From positions 2,418,001 through 2,482,000 of the forward strand of contig OZ193909.1 in the NCBI GenBank assembly GCA_964276515.1: a DNA stretch of 64,000 nt, in the 5' to 3' direction. Source of the stretch: Gordius albopunctatus (lineage: Eukaryota). Shown one piece after another: positions 1 through 12,300 of this stretch. The position numbers were made by a program, and so were the translations under genes. The notes under the pieces are model-generated. The model saw only the letters and a program-made list of their open reading frames with translations, was not told the DNA's origin and searched no databases. Within the stretch, counting starts at the first letter, position 1; each line of letters opens with the position of its first letter.

Positions 1-2
1 CC

Positions 3-893
3 CGGTGGCCCGTGGCAATACCAATCAACGACGCATCAGCTGAAACTGTAGCCCGAACATTTTTTACGCATTGGATAGCTAGCTACGGAGTACCCACTAC
101 ATTAACCACAGACCGAGGCCCCCAGTTCCAATCCGCCCTGTTTAAACACTTATCTAGTTTATTAGGTTACCATCATATAACCACTACAGCTTACCATCCA
201 CAAGCCAATGGTTTGGTAGAGCGATTTCATCGACAACTAAAAAGTTCGATTATGGCAAAAGGAGACACTACCAATTGGTCTGATCGAATTCCCCTTGTAC
301 TCCTGGGTATCCGAAGCACCGTCAAGGAAGACTTGTCCTGTTCGAGCGCTGAACTGGTATACGGCACCTCTTTGAGACTACCAGGAGATTTTTTGCAACC
401 TTCAAATTGGGACATAAATGCCGCTGATTACATCCAACGACTTCGGGAGCAGTTTGATACCGTTCGTTTTACACCCACCAGACCATCAAATATCAAACAA
501 CAGATTACCAACGATTTGGTTACAGCCACTCACGTATTTATAAGAATTGACCGGCTTCGGAAAACTTTAGTCCCTCCGTACGAAGGTCCTTACAAGGTAA
601 TCGAAAGACATTCTAAATATTTCGTCATAGACCACAATGGAAAAAGAGACACCGTTTCAATCGATCGATTAAAGCCAGCTTTCCTCGAGCCTAAGGTTGA
701 TAACCCGAATTCAGCAGTTGACCCAAATGCACCCAAACCAAACAATCACTCAACGACCCAAAATTCAAACCAATCTACCATTGTTTCTTCTACAAAATCT
801 TCCACAAAACCTAGCGCACCACTTCCCAAAACAACCATTACCAAGTCTGGCCGACAAGTTCATTGGCCAAAAAAATTTTTTAATTTTATATGA
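3..893 (+). mobile_element. Ty3/gypsy LTR retrotransposon pol 3' end (integrase core, GPY/F module, C-terminal tail); 5'-truncated by the window edge
   Basis: Frame is open from base 3 (RWPVAIP). Integrase motifs TTDRGPQF and TTAYHPQANGLVERFHRQLK, then PYEGPYKV (GPY/F), VSIDRLKPA and a C-terminal TKSGRQVHWP typical of gypsy pol. Stop TGA at 891-893. Confidence 0.95.
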
Positions 894-919
894 ACTCCGT
901 TTTTACCCAGCGGAATATT

Positions 920-1210
920 TGTTGCGTCAATTGACTTAATTGTCTCATTTACATTACCTTACTACTTCACGACGTTAATTGACCAATCAAGCATACCTGG
1001 CGGAGACACCACTAAATTGATTTATTTATACCTCGCGTAATTGATTTATTTATACCTCGCGGAGACACCACTAAACTTGATTGATTTATTCAATTAATTC
1101 ACGAGTATATAAAAGGAGTTTAAAACTCTTATTACTCACTTACTTTTCTTCCAACGATTTAATTTATATTATACAATAAAGTAATTATTACTTTATTCTA
1201 CATAACCTCA
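920..1210 (+). mobile_element. Probable 3' LTR of the gypsy element
   Basis: Directly follows the pol stop. Starts TG (920) and ends ...ATAACCTCA (1210). Contains short direct repeats (GCGGAGACACCACTAAA x2), a TATA box TATATAAAAGG (~1105) and AATAAA (~1175). The polypurine tract is not clear, so boundaries are approximate. Confidence 0.6.
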
Positions 1211-1233
1211 CTTGTCGAAACGTTTTAAACCAA

Positions 1234-2156
1234 AAAGTGCGAGTGACTTTTAATGATAATATTATTGTTTACAGAATTGATAACTACATGCATATATCAA
1301 AACGTTGTAAAAACAACAATAAAAGTAGCATTATTATGGGATTAAGAAGATAAGGTTTTAAACTTTAAATTGCTGGTATTTAAATTTATGACAGAAACCA
1401 TTATAATGAAATTTATATTCCAAATAATTACCTTCCAATTCCAACTAACTTTGCCATTACATAATTATTTATCGAATACAGTATAGGTTCGTGTATTTAT
1501 TTTATATTGCACAATTATGTAAATATAATAAATTTAAATGCACCTGCCAACCGTGCACATAATGTGAAAAGTAATGCATATGACAAAACTATCAAATATT
1601 TGGGAGGTATACTACTAGTTGAAGCATAAAAACTTTTAAAAAATCCATGATTAAGATTTAATCTATTAAGGTATCATTAAATACTCTATTGTACTTTTGA
1701 AATCTTTAGGCGGGTGCTCAAAAATCTAGAGCCACTTATTCAAACTGATTGAATACCAATTTATAATTACCGTATTATGCAGGATGAGTAACTGCAAAAT
1801 ATAAATATGCTTTAGTAATATTTACTATTCCATCACAACTCATTTTAAGCCTAAAATTTTTTAATATTTAATAATACTATGGGTACAAATATGTGATTTA
1901 TAAAATCATTAACATACCCTATGGCTCAATCTTACTTAGGTAGATGATTGCCCAATTTTAAATTTTTTGCAAAAATATATAATATTTACTACACTTAGAA
2001 ATTTTTTTAATATAAAATATATTCCATACATATTTAAATGTAAATCATGCAAATTAAAATACACAATAATTTACTAAAATCTAACGATCAAGAAAAAGTC
2101 GAGATCTCGCCAAAAAAATCTCGTCTCGTCTTGACCTCAATTTTTCCGCATCACTA
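1234..2156. mobile_element. Non-autonomous DNA-transposon-like repeat, copy 1 (partial)
   Basis: Colinear with ~27045-28014 (shared AAAGTGCGAGTGA.TTTTAATGATAATATT, GGGAGGTATACTA.TAGTTGAAGCATAAAAACTT, ATTTACTACACTTAG). Subterminal TCTCG motifs; terminus CCGCATCACTA. Confidence 0.75.
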
Positions 2157-2450
2157 GCTTTTGCGCCTTTCCATCTTGTTTCCTGTATACACGGTATATC
2201 GACCCGTCGCTTGCTGAGGGTTTCAGCAACTTCTCGGCATTTTGCAGTCAACGTTCCAACATTTAGCGAGCCTACTCTCACTCTCGTACTTAGCAAACTA
2301 GTTTCTTTAGCTACATCCGTTTGCGGAAGATGTAGTGACCCTCGTTGACTTTTCACATGATACGGGGGCCTACCATGCGCGTCGTTTACGGAGGACGCCC
2401 TAGCGCTTTTATTACTTTCATTATTACGAACTTTCATAGCACTTGAATCA
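2157..2450 (-). mobile_element. RTE-clade LINE 5' fragment (start of APE endonuclease), disrupted
   Basis: RVRVGSLNVGTLTAKCREVAETLSKRRVDIPCIQETRWKGAKA matches the N-terminus of RTE AP-endonuclease (NVGTL...QETRWKG). Homology stops at the terminus of the DNA repeat at 2156. Confidence 0.85.
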
Positions 2451-2472
2451 GGGGTGAGGCTCGGCTATCCAG

Positions 2473-2544
2473 GCCGTGGTGGTGTAGTGGGTATAAGTTT
2501 AGACTTTGAAGCGCGAGGTTGCTGGTTCGATTCCACCTCCGGCA
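2473..2544 (+). pseudogene. tRNA-derived pseudogene or SINE head (TTG/Gln-like anticodon loop)
   Basis: A-box TGGTGTAGTGG (2480-2490), B-box GGTTCGATTCC (2524-2534), acceptor-like GCCG...CGGC+A, loop CTTTGAA. The anticodon stem does not pair (TTAGA/GCGCG). Confidence 0.7.
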
Positions 2545-3320
2545 TTTATTTCAAAGTTTAAAAATATCTCACATCGTCATTATTTATATTTATGTAGCCA
2601 TTTTATTGTTCGCAATACACATGTGTGCCGTCTAGACTTAAAACAAAGGCTAATGCCATTTTCTAACAATACGCATAATTGTAATTCATTTAATTTTTTT
2701 AACAACCGAAAATTTGTTCAGCCTTTTTGATTCCTACTTATTTTTATGATATAATTTTGCTTCAAATAAAAATTATCATTTAAAAATTTGGACCGGGCCG
2801 GATTCGGGCAGAAAAATTAAACAAATCCCACCTCTGTTAGGGGCCTCATAAATTTGGGACTAACGTGCAAATTTAATATTTCGGGCCGGGCAATTGGGGA
2901 AGCTTTAACGATTCGGGCGGGCCCGGGCGGGCCATGAAGTTAAAAAATTGAATCGGGCTGGGTTCTGGCAAAAAATTCCCAACAAATCTGACCTCTGAGA
3001 TAAATCAAGTCAAAGCCCTAGTCCGATCAATAGGAAAGAATTTCATAAATCAAATTTTAGAAAATGAAGAAGATATATCACCCTATAATTGGTCTTTAAT
3101 CTTCCATATTTTTAATTGTAAAGTTTAAAATTTTCATCTAATAATTTTATTTGTGCGCTTATATACCTTATTGTTCTCAGTCGTACAATATTGAGTTGTT
3201 AGAAATAATGTATCTTTATTGTTTTAATAAAATAAACACCTGCACATCTTTTAATCATATGACTAAATTTTTTCAAAATTTATTATGCAAAAAATAAATT
3301 TCTAATATTTAAACAAAAAT

Positions 3321-6300
3321 ATGGCTGATAGAAGAAAGCTACAAGGTTTAAACCTTAAATATAAATATATAAAATTTTTAGGTGAGATTGATAGATGTTT
3401 AAAAAAAGTGACGGAAGGAGTAGAGATATTTGATGATATATGGCAAAAGGTAATACTAATGTCAAACCCAAAGGTAAAATTTACAAATGTTCTTATTAAA
3501 CTTGATTAAGATGTAAATATTAGAGAAGTAAACTACAATTTAGGCCTAGTTTTGTAAATTTCTTAAAAAGAGCATTTAATGATAGTTATTTTATAAATTA
3601 TCTTTTACATCATTATTAAAAGATTTTTAAATACAATGGCATGCATTTTCAGATGTGAAAAGTTAATATTTAAATAATCAAACTTTATTTCTCAAATATA
3701 TAAAAATTATAGTGTCTTTAAGTCCAGACTATTAGGTTTTGGTGACCAAACAAAAATTTTTTTAGATGATTTACCAATGGCTAACTTACATTTTCAAATT
3801 TAAAAATAAATTTTTTTACTTAATTTCTAATTAGCAGTTTTTTGATATAAATTTTATTGTGATCAGTTCAAAATTTTATGAATTTGTACTATCTACATTT
3901 CATTTGTAAATTTGCTTTATATGCATATTGCTTAAGCTCAGGCCTTTTGCCTTTCACTAAAGATTTGATTTAAGATATTTTTTTAATTCAAATTATCAAT
4001 AATTTTAAAAAATCTATTTTATCCGGCTTTTATAAAAGCTTAATTTTGCTCTATATTTGCTATCAATTGCTGCATTTTTAGTTATGTCTTTAATCTTCAA
4101 CAAAAGATAAGACAATCTAATTATCTTATAAAAGAATATATTTATGGCCTTGGGCCCTCCCTTTAAATTCTTATAATATTTTTAATTAGATTATAGTCAA
4201 AATTTATAAAAAAAAATATAATTGTCCCCACCTTCTGGGTGGAAGATTTGAATTAGGGGTTAGAGACAAAAGTTTGGTAATCATATAAGGCATACCTTAA
4301 TAATGGTTTAACAAATTTTGTTTTGAATTTAATGAAAGGGGTGGGCATCTGCCCCTTTTTGGCCCCCCCCCCTCCATCCCCAGTTATTTATTTATATATA
4401 TATATCTTTAGTACATTTAAATCCTAACTAACTAAAAAGTCATCTAAAGTAAATTCTTAATTGCTATGCAATCTTTAAATCTTAGAATCTTGCTAAACTA
4501 ATGTTTTATTGTAAATGCCTTAAAACAATCCTGTCCTAGACCATGATTTAAGCTATCATGTTTATTGCTTTTAACGAAATTTTTTGCTTAAGATTAAAAA
4601 GTAGGACGAATAATATAAAATGCCAAGTATTTTATCGTTGATGCCAAGTTTTGTATCCGATCCCTACTATGTTGTTAGAATCCTTAGTTTTCATTCTTAA
4701 TTCAAAGCCCCACCACCTCAATGTTTGACATTTTTACCCGATATATATGCATTTTTGCAATAAGGTAAAAATTGTAATTCCCGGATCCACGCTCACGTTG
4801 TTAAGTGATTTTTATTGAAAAATTATAGAATTTTTAAGAAATAAAATTAAAATTTAGGAAAAAAACTGCTTCATTCCAAACCGAATTCATACCCAATAAA
4901 ATCATTATTAACCCATAAATTTTGCGTTATTACTCCCTTCTAGGTACACGGTGCCACGAATGCCAACCAAAAAGAAAAATACGAGGCCGACCTGAAGAAG
5001 GAAATCAAAAAATTGCAAAGGCTGAGAGATCAAATAAAAACTTGGACTTCCTCTAGCGATATCAAGGATAAACGCGTTCTGCAAGAGAATAGAAAACTCA
5101 TCGAAACTCAAATGGAACGGTTTAAGGTTTTTATCCAAGTTGACGATGGTTTCTATAAATTATTCGGTCCGGTCGGATCGGGTCAAGCCATCTGGTCACG
5201 GGCGTAGCTAGGTTTTGGATTAGTGGGGGGGGGGCATTGAAATTTTTTTACACTTAGGGGGCTCCCCTTGCCTAAGCCCATCATGCATATGGGGACTAAA
5301 ATTTTAATTCTACATTTTATTAAAACAGCCATTTTGATTGATTAGAAAGTGATTTTTACTTTACCTCTCTTCATGCTTTATTAAAAAGGAGCAAAAATTT
5401 TATTATTATATAGTGGGGGCTATGGCACATGAAGATTTTGTTTCGATTTTTAACCATTCATTGCGTTGAGTCTTCACGAATTCATGACTAGGAGGCGGGG
5501 GGGGGGGCATCTGCCCCTTTTAACTCCTCCCAAGCCGTTTTATCTTTAATTTTTTAGAAAGCTCTTTCGCTATGTTTAAAAGATTATCTTGAATAGTATA
5601 ATTAGAGTAAACATCTTTAAAGATTTATCGGGTTGCTCTTTAAAAATTGAGAAATAAATTAAATAATTAAGAAGATTTTTACCCTCATAATTAATGTTCT
5701 TCATAGATATATTTTCGGGAATTGTCGAGGGTGTTAAAAAATTATTGTAGTAAATATAATATTTCCGAAGAAAATTAAATAATGCTGTATGATTAAAACT
5801 CATAAAATTGAGAAGCATCAGAGGTGGAGGGGGGGCGCGGTTAGAGCATGATACAATATAATTTGTGTGCCCAACACTGTGCTAGGTTGTCGAGCGAGAA
5901 ACTAAAACCAAGGCTTACAGCAAGGAAGGCCTCTCAGGAGCCATACAAAAAACGGATCCGGCCCAAAAGGAACGCGAAGAAATGAGGCAATGGGTTACGG
6001 TTAGTGAAAACCATTTTTGAAAGTTTAAATTTGTTATTAATTGCTATTTATGTGAGTTGTTTTTGATTGCTATTATAGAAGCTTGGAGTTGTAATCCGGT
6101 TAAATTAGATAAATAGTTTAATTATGGAGCGTAGTCTTTTAGGTAGCCCCTTTCTAAACCCCCATCTAGATACACGATTCAACTTCAAAACGCCATATGT
6201 TTCGTTTTGTCCAAATATGCGATTTACATGTTGTGGAATCGACAATTTTAGTTTAGTTACTACTGTGAATATGGATTGGTATGAGTAACTAAAGGATAAA

Positions 6301-9300
6301 TATTTGTTTTACGAGCAAAAACCCCGCCAAAATTGAAACACGGAGTGACGCTCGGATTACGATGCGGCAATCTTTTGACGCGCATTCCCTTTTTTAATCT
6401 CCAGCTTCAAAATAGCCTATAAGACAGACCCTACGAGTTAGAGTCATGAGCATAAAGGATGCAATTTCATTAAAGCCCCGTGCATGAGAGGAGTTACTCT
6501 AACAGTAAAAAAATAATCCTCTAATTTTAGTTGATGAAAGACGATCCAATGAATTTGTCGCATCTACCCCGAACAATACCTACTAAAATATGATTACATT
6601 ATGTAATGGTAAAAAAATGGGGAGAACTTTAGACTAGTCGGTTAATATAAATTATGCGATTTTTTCTATAATCAAATATTTGATAAGATATTGGGCCAGA
6701 AACCTCAAAAAAATTTCCATCGATTTGTTGCACCTGGTTCATAGGTGTCAAGCTTTTACATTCAATTAAACATAGAAACGAATGGGTTTTGAAGTTTATA
6801 AAAAAATAAAATAAGACAGCAGGGCAGACGGGAAGACATTTCTTCGAGAGAGTTTCGGAGTTTAAATTTCTTAGAAATTGAAATTCATTTTACGATACAT
6901 ATTATTTTGTTAACAAAGGTTAAAGTTTTTTTTCCATAAATGTGCATAGGCCTCTATAGGGACTCTAAATTTGCAAATTGAGCAATTTGAAAGCGAAATC
7001 GAAACCCTCATTCTCACTTCGAAGAAGAAAAAACTGGAAAAAGACGTATTTTATTTATTTATTGCATTTATTTATTTAATTTATTTATTAAATTTATTTA
7101 AAGAAACAAGATAGGGTAGATCAGGTGAGAAAGTATATGGAAAAGCACAAGCATCACGTGAAGCAATTGGAAACGCTTTTGAGAATGTTGGATAACAACA
7201 ATATCGAAACTGAAAGCGTGAGGAAATTTTGAAATTATATTTTTAACCTCTTTTTCCTCATTTTTCCAGATTTAAAGATGCAAAATTTCTTTATTTTAAG
7301 AATTAATTTTTTTTGTAAATAATTTTTTAAGTTTGCTATATAATATCGAGTTAGAAAGGTGTGGGAATATTTTTAAGAGATTCATTCACAAGAGCATTAG
7401 ATTTTTTATTTATTAATTATACTTGTTTTTTAACGCCCTCTAATGCTCCTGCGAATAAATCTCTTTAAAATATTCTTTAAGCGGGAGAAAACTTTTAAAT
7501 TTATGGGAATCGCTTATTTAACTAAAAAAATAATAATTGAAAACACAGCCGATAATATCCGTAAAATTAGGTGTTTAATCGGGAAAAATAATTTTTTGAC
7601 CTTTTTAACCCCTTTTAAATAAAATCTGTTTAAATCATATATAAAACTTTATGGATTTTAGGGCTATCCCTGGTGTCTCCGCTTGCATCTATTATATGTA
7701 TAACACTAGTCGAAATTTGTAAGTTAGTCTTAATTGGACTAAAGGACGAAACCCAGCGGATTTTACAACACTAATATATGTAATTAAAATATACAAAATC
7801 AAACGACCGTCTTTCTTCACCAGCAATTTTCGATGATTTAAATTTGCAAATTTTTTTTTGGAATTTTTAGACAGGTTTTTGTTTTATTAACCTTTTTTCC
7901 TTAGATACGCAACATTAAAGACGATATCGAATACTACATTGAGTGCTCCCAAGAGCCTGATTTCAAAGAAAATGAATACATTTACGAGGATTTGAATTTA
8001 GACGAAGCCAGTTAGTTATTTTCTGCATAAAATAATTTTTAAACTTACTAATTATTTAAAATTTTAAACAGAAATACGGTTTTTTATAGCTTTTTTTTCT
8101 CATTTTGGAAGTTTTAAGGTGATTTTATATTTTAAAAATTGTAAAATATTAACTAAAAAACTATAAAAAAACCTAATGTTGTGTTGTTATATATGTAATA
8201 CTAAAGTTTATAATTTCCAAGATATAAATACTTGCCCTTAGTTACTTAGGAATTGTATATGTAGTTCTCTTATCGTAACTATTTATTTATCGATAAATTG
8301 TCATTAAACATGGGACGTCGACATTTTTTTGCAGTAATAATCGTAGATAATTGTGAAAAATGCTATAATTTTAGACTATTTTTCTTACAAGCTAATGATT
8401 TATAGCACGGTTCAACAAGAAAAATAAACGTCGGATTGTTTACAGATCTTGGTAGAGTTTTTACGATCAACACAAATATATTTTTTGTTTTTTTCCCATA
8501 CGTCAAGTTTTTGACATATTTATTATCAAAGTTGCTAGAAACAGCGATTCAAGTGCTTTTTAGATAACTATATAGGGATAAAACTAAAAATATATTTATG
8601 TTAAACGTTAGATACTCTAGTCCATTATTTTTTGAGCAGTGTAACCATATTTTATTTCCAGTCTAGAGCCCCAAAATACTAAATTTAAAGGTTATAACTG
8701 TTGCTAGATATGAAATCTACGAAGACATGGCTTAGTAAATATTTTGTGAAGTAATAAGAATTAAGGAACCACAGGTGTCGCTGTTAAAACGCGTGAAATT
8801 GCGAATTCAAATCAAAATGTTTAATTACGTTATTAAATCTAATTTGTAAAAATAGACGATGATTCTCTGACCAATTCGAGCCCGCCATCTACAACCTGTA
8901 GTTCTCCTACTCCCTCAAGTCCTCACACCGTACAGAACTTTTCCAAGGTGAAGCACATTTCAATATGGTTTTCAGGAAAAGGGGATCTTTACTTTTTTTT
9001 TGTATTTAAGCAATTTTCGCGATTAATATTGATAATTCAAAACACTTGAAATAAATGGCCGGCCTAGTTCTAACAAATCGCAATTTTTCTAACCAGAAGC
9101 TTTGGCCCGTTGGACATTGCTACGTGTACATCAAGATGTCTGGTTAGGGGGGCGTAAAAACTTTTAAAAAATTTGCTTTAATCCTTATTTAGATATAAAA
9201 TTTTTGTGATTTTTGCAAACGTGTTTTTTTGGGGGAATTTTTCTTAATGTATGTGCATTCTTGTTCAATTCCTCTTGTACAGAGTTTCAGTCAGGAAGAT

Positions 9301-12300
9301 GAATACAACAAAGTGAAGGGTCAGAGGGGGAGAACGGACGACGAGGTAAATCACTTAATGTCCCATATTAATTTTTGCAAAAAAAATTTATGAAGTAAAT
9401 GGAAATTGATATAATGTTGGGCAGTATTGATTGCATAGATTTATTAAAATAAACTTAAAAATAATTAAATGTATAGTAGTGTTGTGAAAAGGGTTGGCTG
9501 GTGGTGGCTTTTACTAAGATTAAGGTCGGCTTGCTTATGTTCTATTTTTCAAACTTGGACGAAACCTAAAGGCTGAATAGGGAATATAGTGGTCTGTGTG
9601 TGTGTGTGTGTTTTGAATCGACTGATATAGCGAAAAAATGTGATTATAATTGCTATGCAATTCATGGGCTCAATTTGGAGTGAAAGTCTCCTCTCCGTGC
9701 AGTATTTAATGGAAAACTAAAATTTTGGGAGTTTTTTTTGTCTATGCTCGGTGTTTGAATTTAATTTGGGTGCTGGCCACCAGCCAAAATCCTTCAATAT
9801 TTTGGACCTCAACAACTGATTTTTTTGGGTTTAAATCGCAAATTTTATTAGATTAAAAGTTTGTCGAAATTGTTGGCTCTCTAAAAACTACAATTATGTA
9901 AAAAGAAATTATGTCTAAAAATCTAAAATGTTAATTCCTGCTGTTTGAATTTAATTTGTTTGACCCCGGCCCTGGGTTAAAATCTTTTTTTTAGGCCTTA
10001 TCATATTTTTTTGTAAATTGGAAATGATTATTTTGAAGTTTGGTTTATCATAAAAATCCATTTAGCCGGGAGCTTTATTGTTCATTTTGATATTAACGCT
10101 TTGGCGCAATATTTAATTTCAATTCCGATGACCGAGTTTAAAAATCGTTTGCTTCCCAGATGGGAGGAAGCAATCACGTGACGACCTCTTTGTTCGAAGA
10201 CGTCTCCCATTCGTCTAGCCCGACGGATCACGTGACCGTAGTGACGTGTTTAACGGCCACGCCCCACAAATCGACCCCGCCCTCTCGAGTGCACCCTCAC
10301 GCCCACGCAGATTCGCCTGCCACTAGGAGGCAATCTACCGAGTAAACAATTTAACACGTTTCCTTTCTTGTTCATTTAATATCAAAAATTTTCGCGATAA
10401 TTGTTTATTTAAGGTACCTATTATATACTAATTGTTTAAAGTATATATCATCCATTTAATGCCCGTTTTTTTTATGTTTTTCTCATTTTTAGTTATTATT
10501 TCGTCAGTTTAGACGCTAGGAAATATTGCATTTTCTGCTGGATTTTCAAAATAATATCAAATTTTACGTTTTAATATAATTTTATAAAAAAATTTTTATA
10601 TTTTTTTCAACCCAAACCCGACCTCTCCTCTAAGATTTAAATTTGAATTCGATTCGCCGCCTTTAAAATTAGCCCTAACCCCCAATTTTTAAATTTATAA
10701 GTGTGAGAATTAGGTTAAGCATTAGCATTCCTAACATAATTTAGTTGAACTTTGTTTTCAAAAATTAGATTTTTAATTTATAAGCCATCGGCTTTCTCGT
10801 TTAGCTTATCCCCTGCATTGGTGATGCATTCAATAGACTGCTTTTCGAACTCCAAACTTTTTTATTTGCACGTAGAAATTTAAAAATTGTGATTTATTTT
10901 TCATTTAGAGGCTAGGCAGGTAGGAGATATCCCCCCCCCCACCCACTCATGATTTTTCAATTTTGACATTGTAATTGCCTTTTTAACTCAAAAATGGCTT
11001 TTTTAAACTTACGACCTAAGTCCCGTGATTTTAGTTGTGCCCGGGCAAGCTTTTATTCTTAAGAGGGTTAATTAATTTAGAAATACAATAAATAGGCCCG
11101 ATTGTCTTGTTTATAATATATTTGAATAACATTGCGATCTACTTTTTATATACCCGCGACGATATGATCTCTTTTAGGAATCAGCTGTTTTCGGGATCTT
11201 TGCCTCTGCCCACTGGACCACCCATCCCTTACGCGGCCATAGCCGGCCACGTTACATCCTCGAGTAATGTCGGAATTAAATTTTGTGGAAAAAAACTTTT
11301 AGTATAATCTGCTTTCAAAATTCTTTTTTTAGCAAATTTCAACTGGTTTTAGAGGTAGAATTTGTTTAGCTTAATATAATTTAATTACCTGTTTGTTATC
11401 GTCATTAAACTCTTTAGGTTTAGGAAGATTTTAAATTTTATAGAGGAATTATTTGAATTTATAAACAATTTAAGATTTGTTGTCCAAAGGTTAGTAGAAA
11501 TCTGGAAGAAATCGACTTAGAATTTGGTGTTGTTTTTTTACCCCGTTAATAAACATAACTAATTTTTAATATGCCTTAGTGTCGGGGGCGGATTCCTCTA
11601 CCCTTCTGCATCAGCACCAATCATCTTTTCAATCTTCCTTTACCCCTCTGTTGGGAGATGGGATAACAATGCCCAGTCGTGCTCAGGTTAGCAAAAAATT
11701 CTCCAAATAAGATTTGTTTAAAAAGTAGTTTAGCAAATATTTTAACACGCATTATTATTAATAATAAGGCACAAATTTTATGGAGTTGTCGATAAAATCT
11801 TTATTTTAGTCTTAGTACGATTCGACTTGGCCTAACATTAAATTATTGGAGAATGTATCATTCTTATATCATATGTTTATTATGCATTTACCCGGATTAT
11901 TATAGCTCGATTACAATAAGCAAGACTTATGATATGTTTAGGGTTGATAAGCTAATCGTTATTACATAAGTGTTTTGAGCTATATAAGCATGGCTGCTTC
12001 CCTTTCTACCGCAAAATATCAATTTTAACTTGGACCCTAAAGAAACTTTCGATTTCTATACATATGGGCTCTAGTGTTGTAAAAACGGCTAACCTTTGGT
12101 GGTCAGTTTATGTTTATCCGACTAAAATCAAATGTCGATCAAACAAATCTAGTCGATTTTACGGCACGTGGGCTCACATTCTAAGGAAAAATGTCTGCCC
12201 CCGCGTCTTTACCTCTCTAACTTGTTGATTTGCAACGGAAAACTACAATTTTAGTATGATGATTTTAACAATATCATACATTTTCGCCTATATTTCCCAG

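Noticed and set aside
2081..2156. C-terminus of the 118-aa ORF as part of the RTE protein
   Set aside because: Read-through into the adjoining DNA-element terminus.
2473..2544. Functional tRNA-Gln gene
   Set aside because: The anticodon stem is unpaired, and the D, T and acceptor stems have mismatches.
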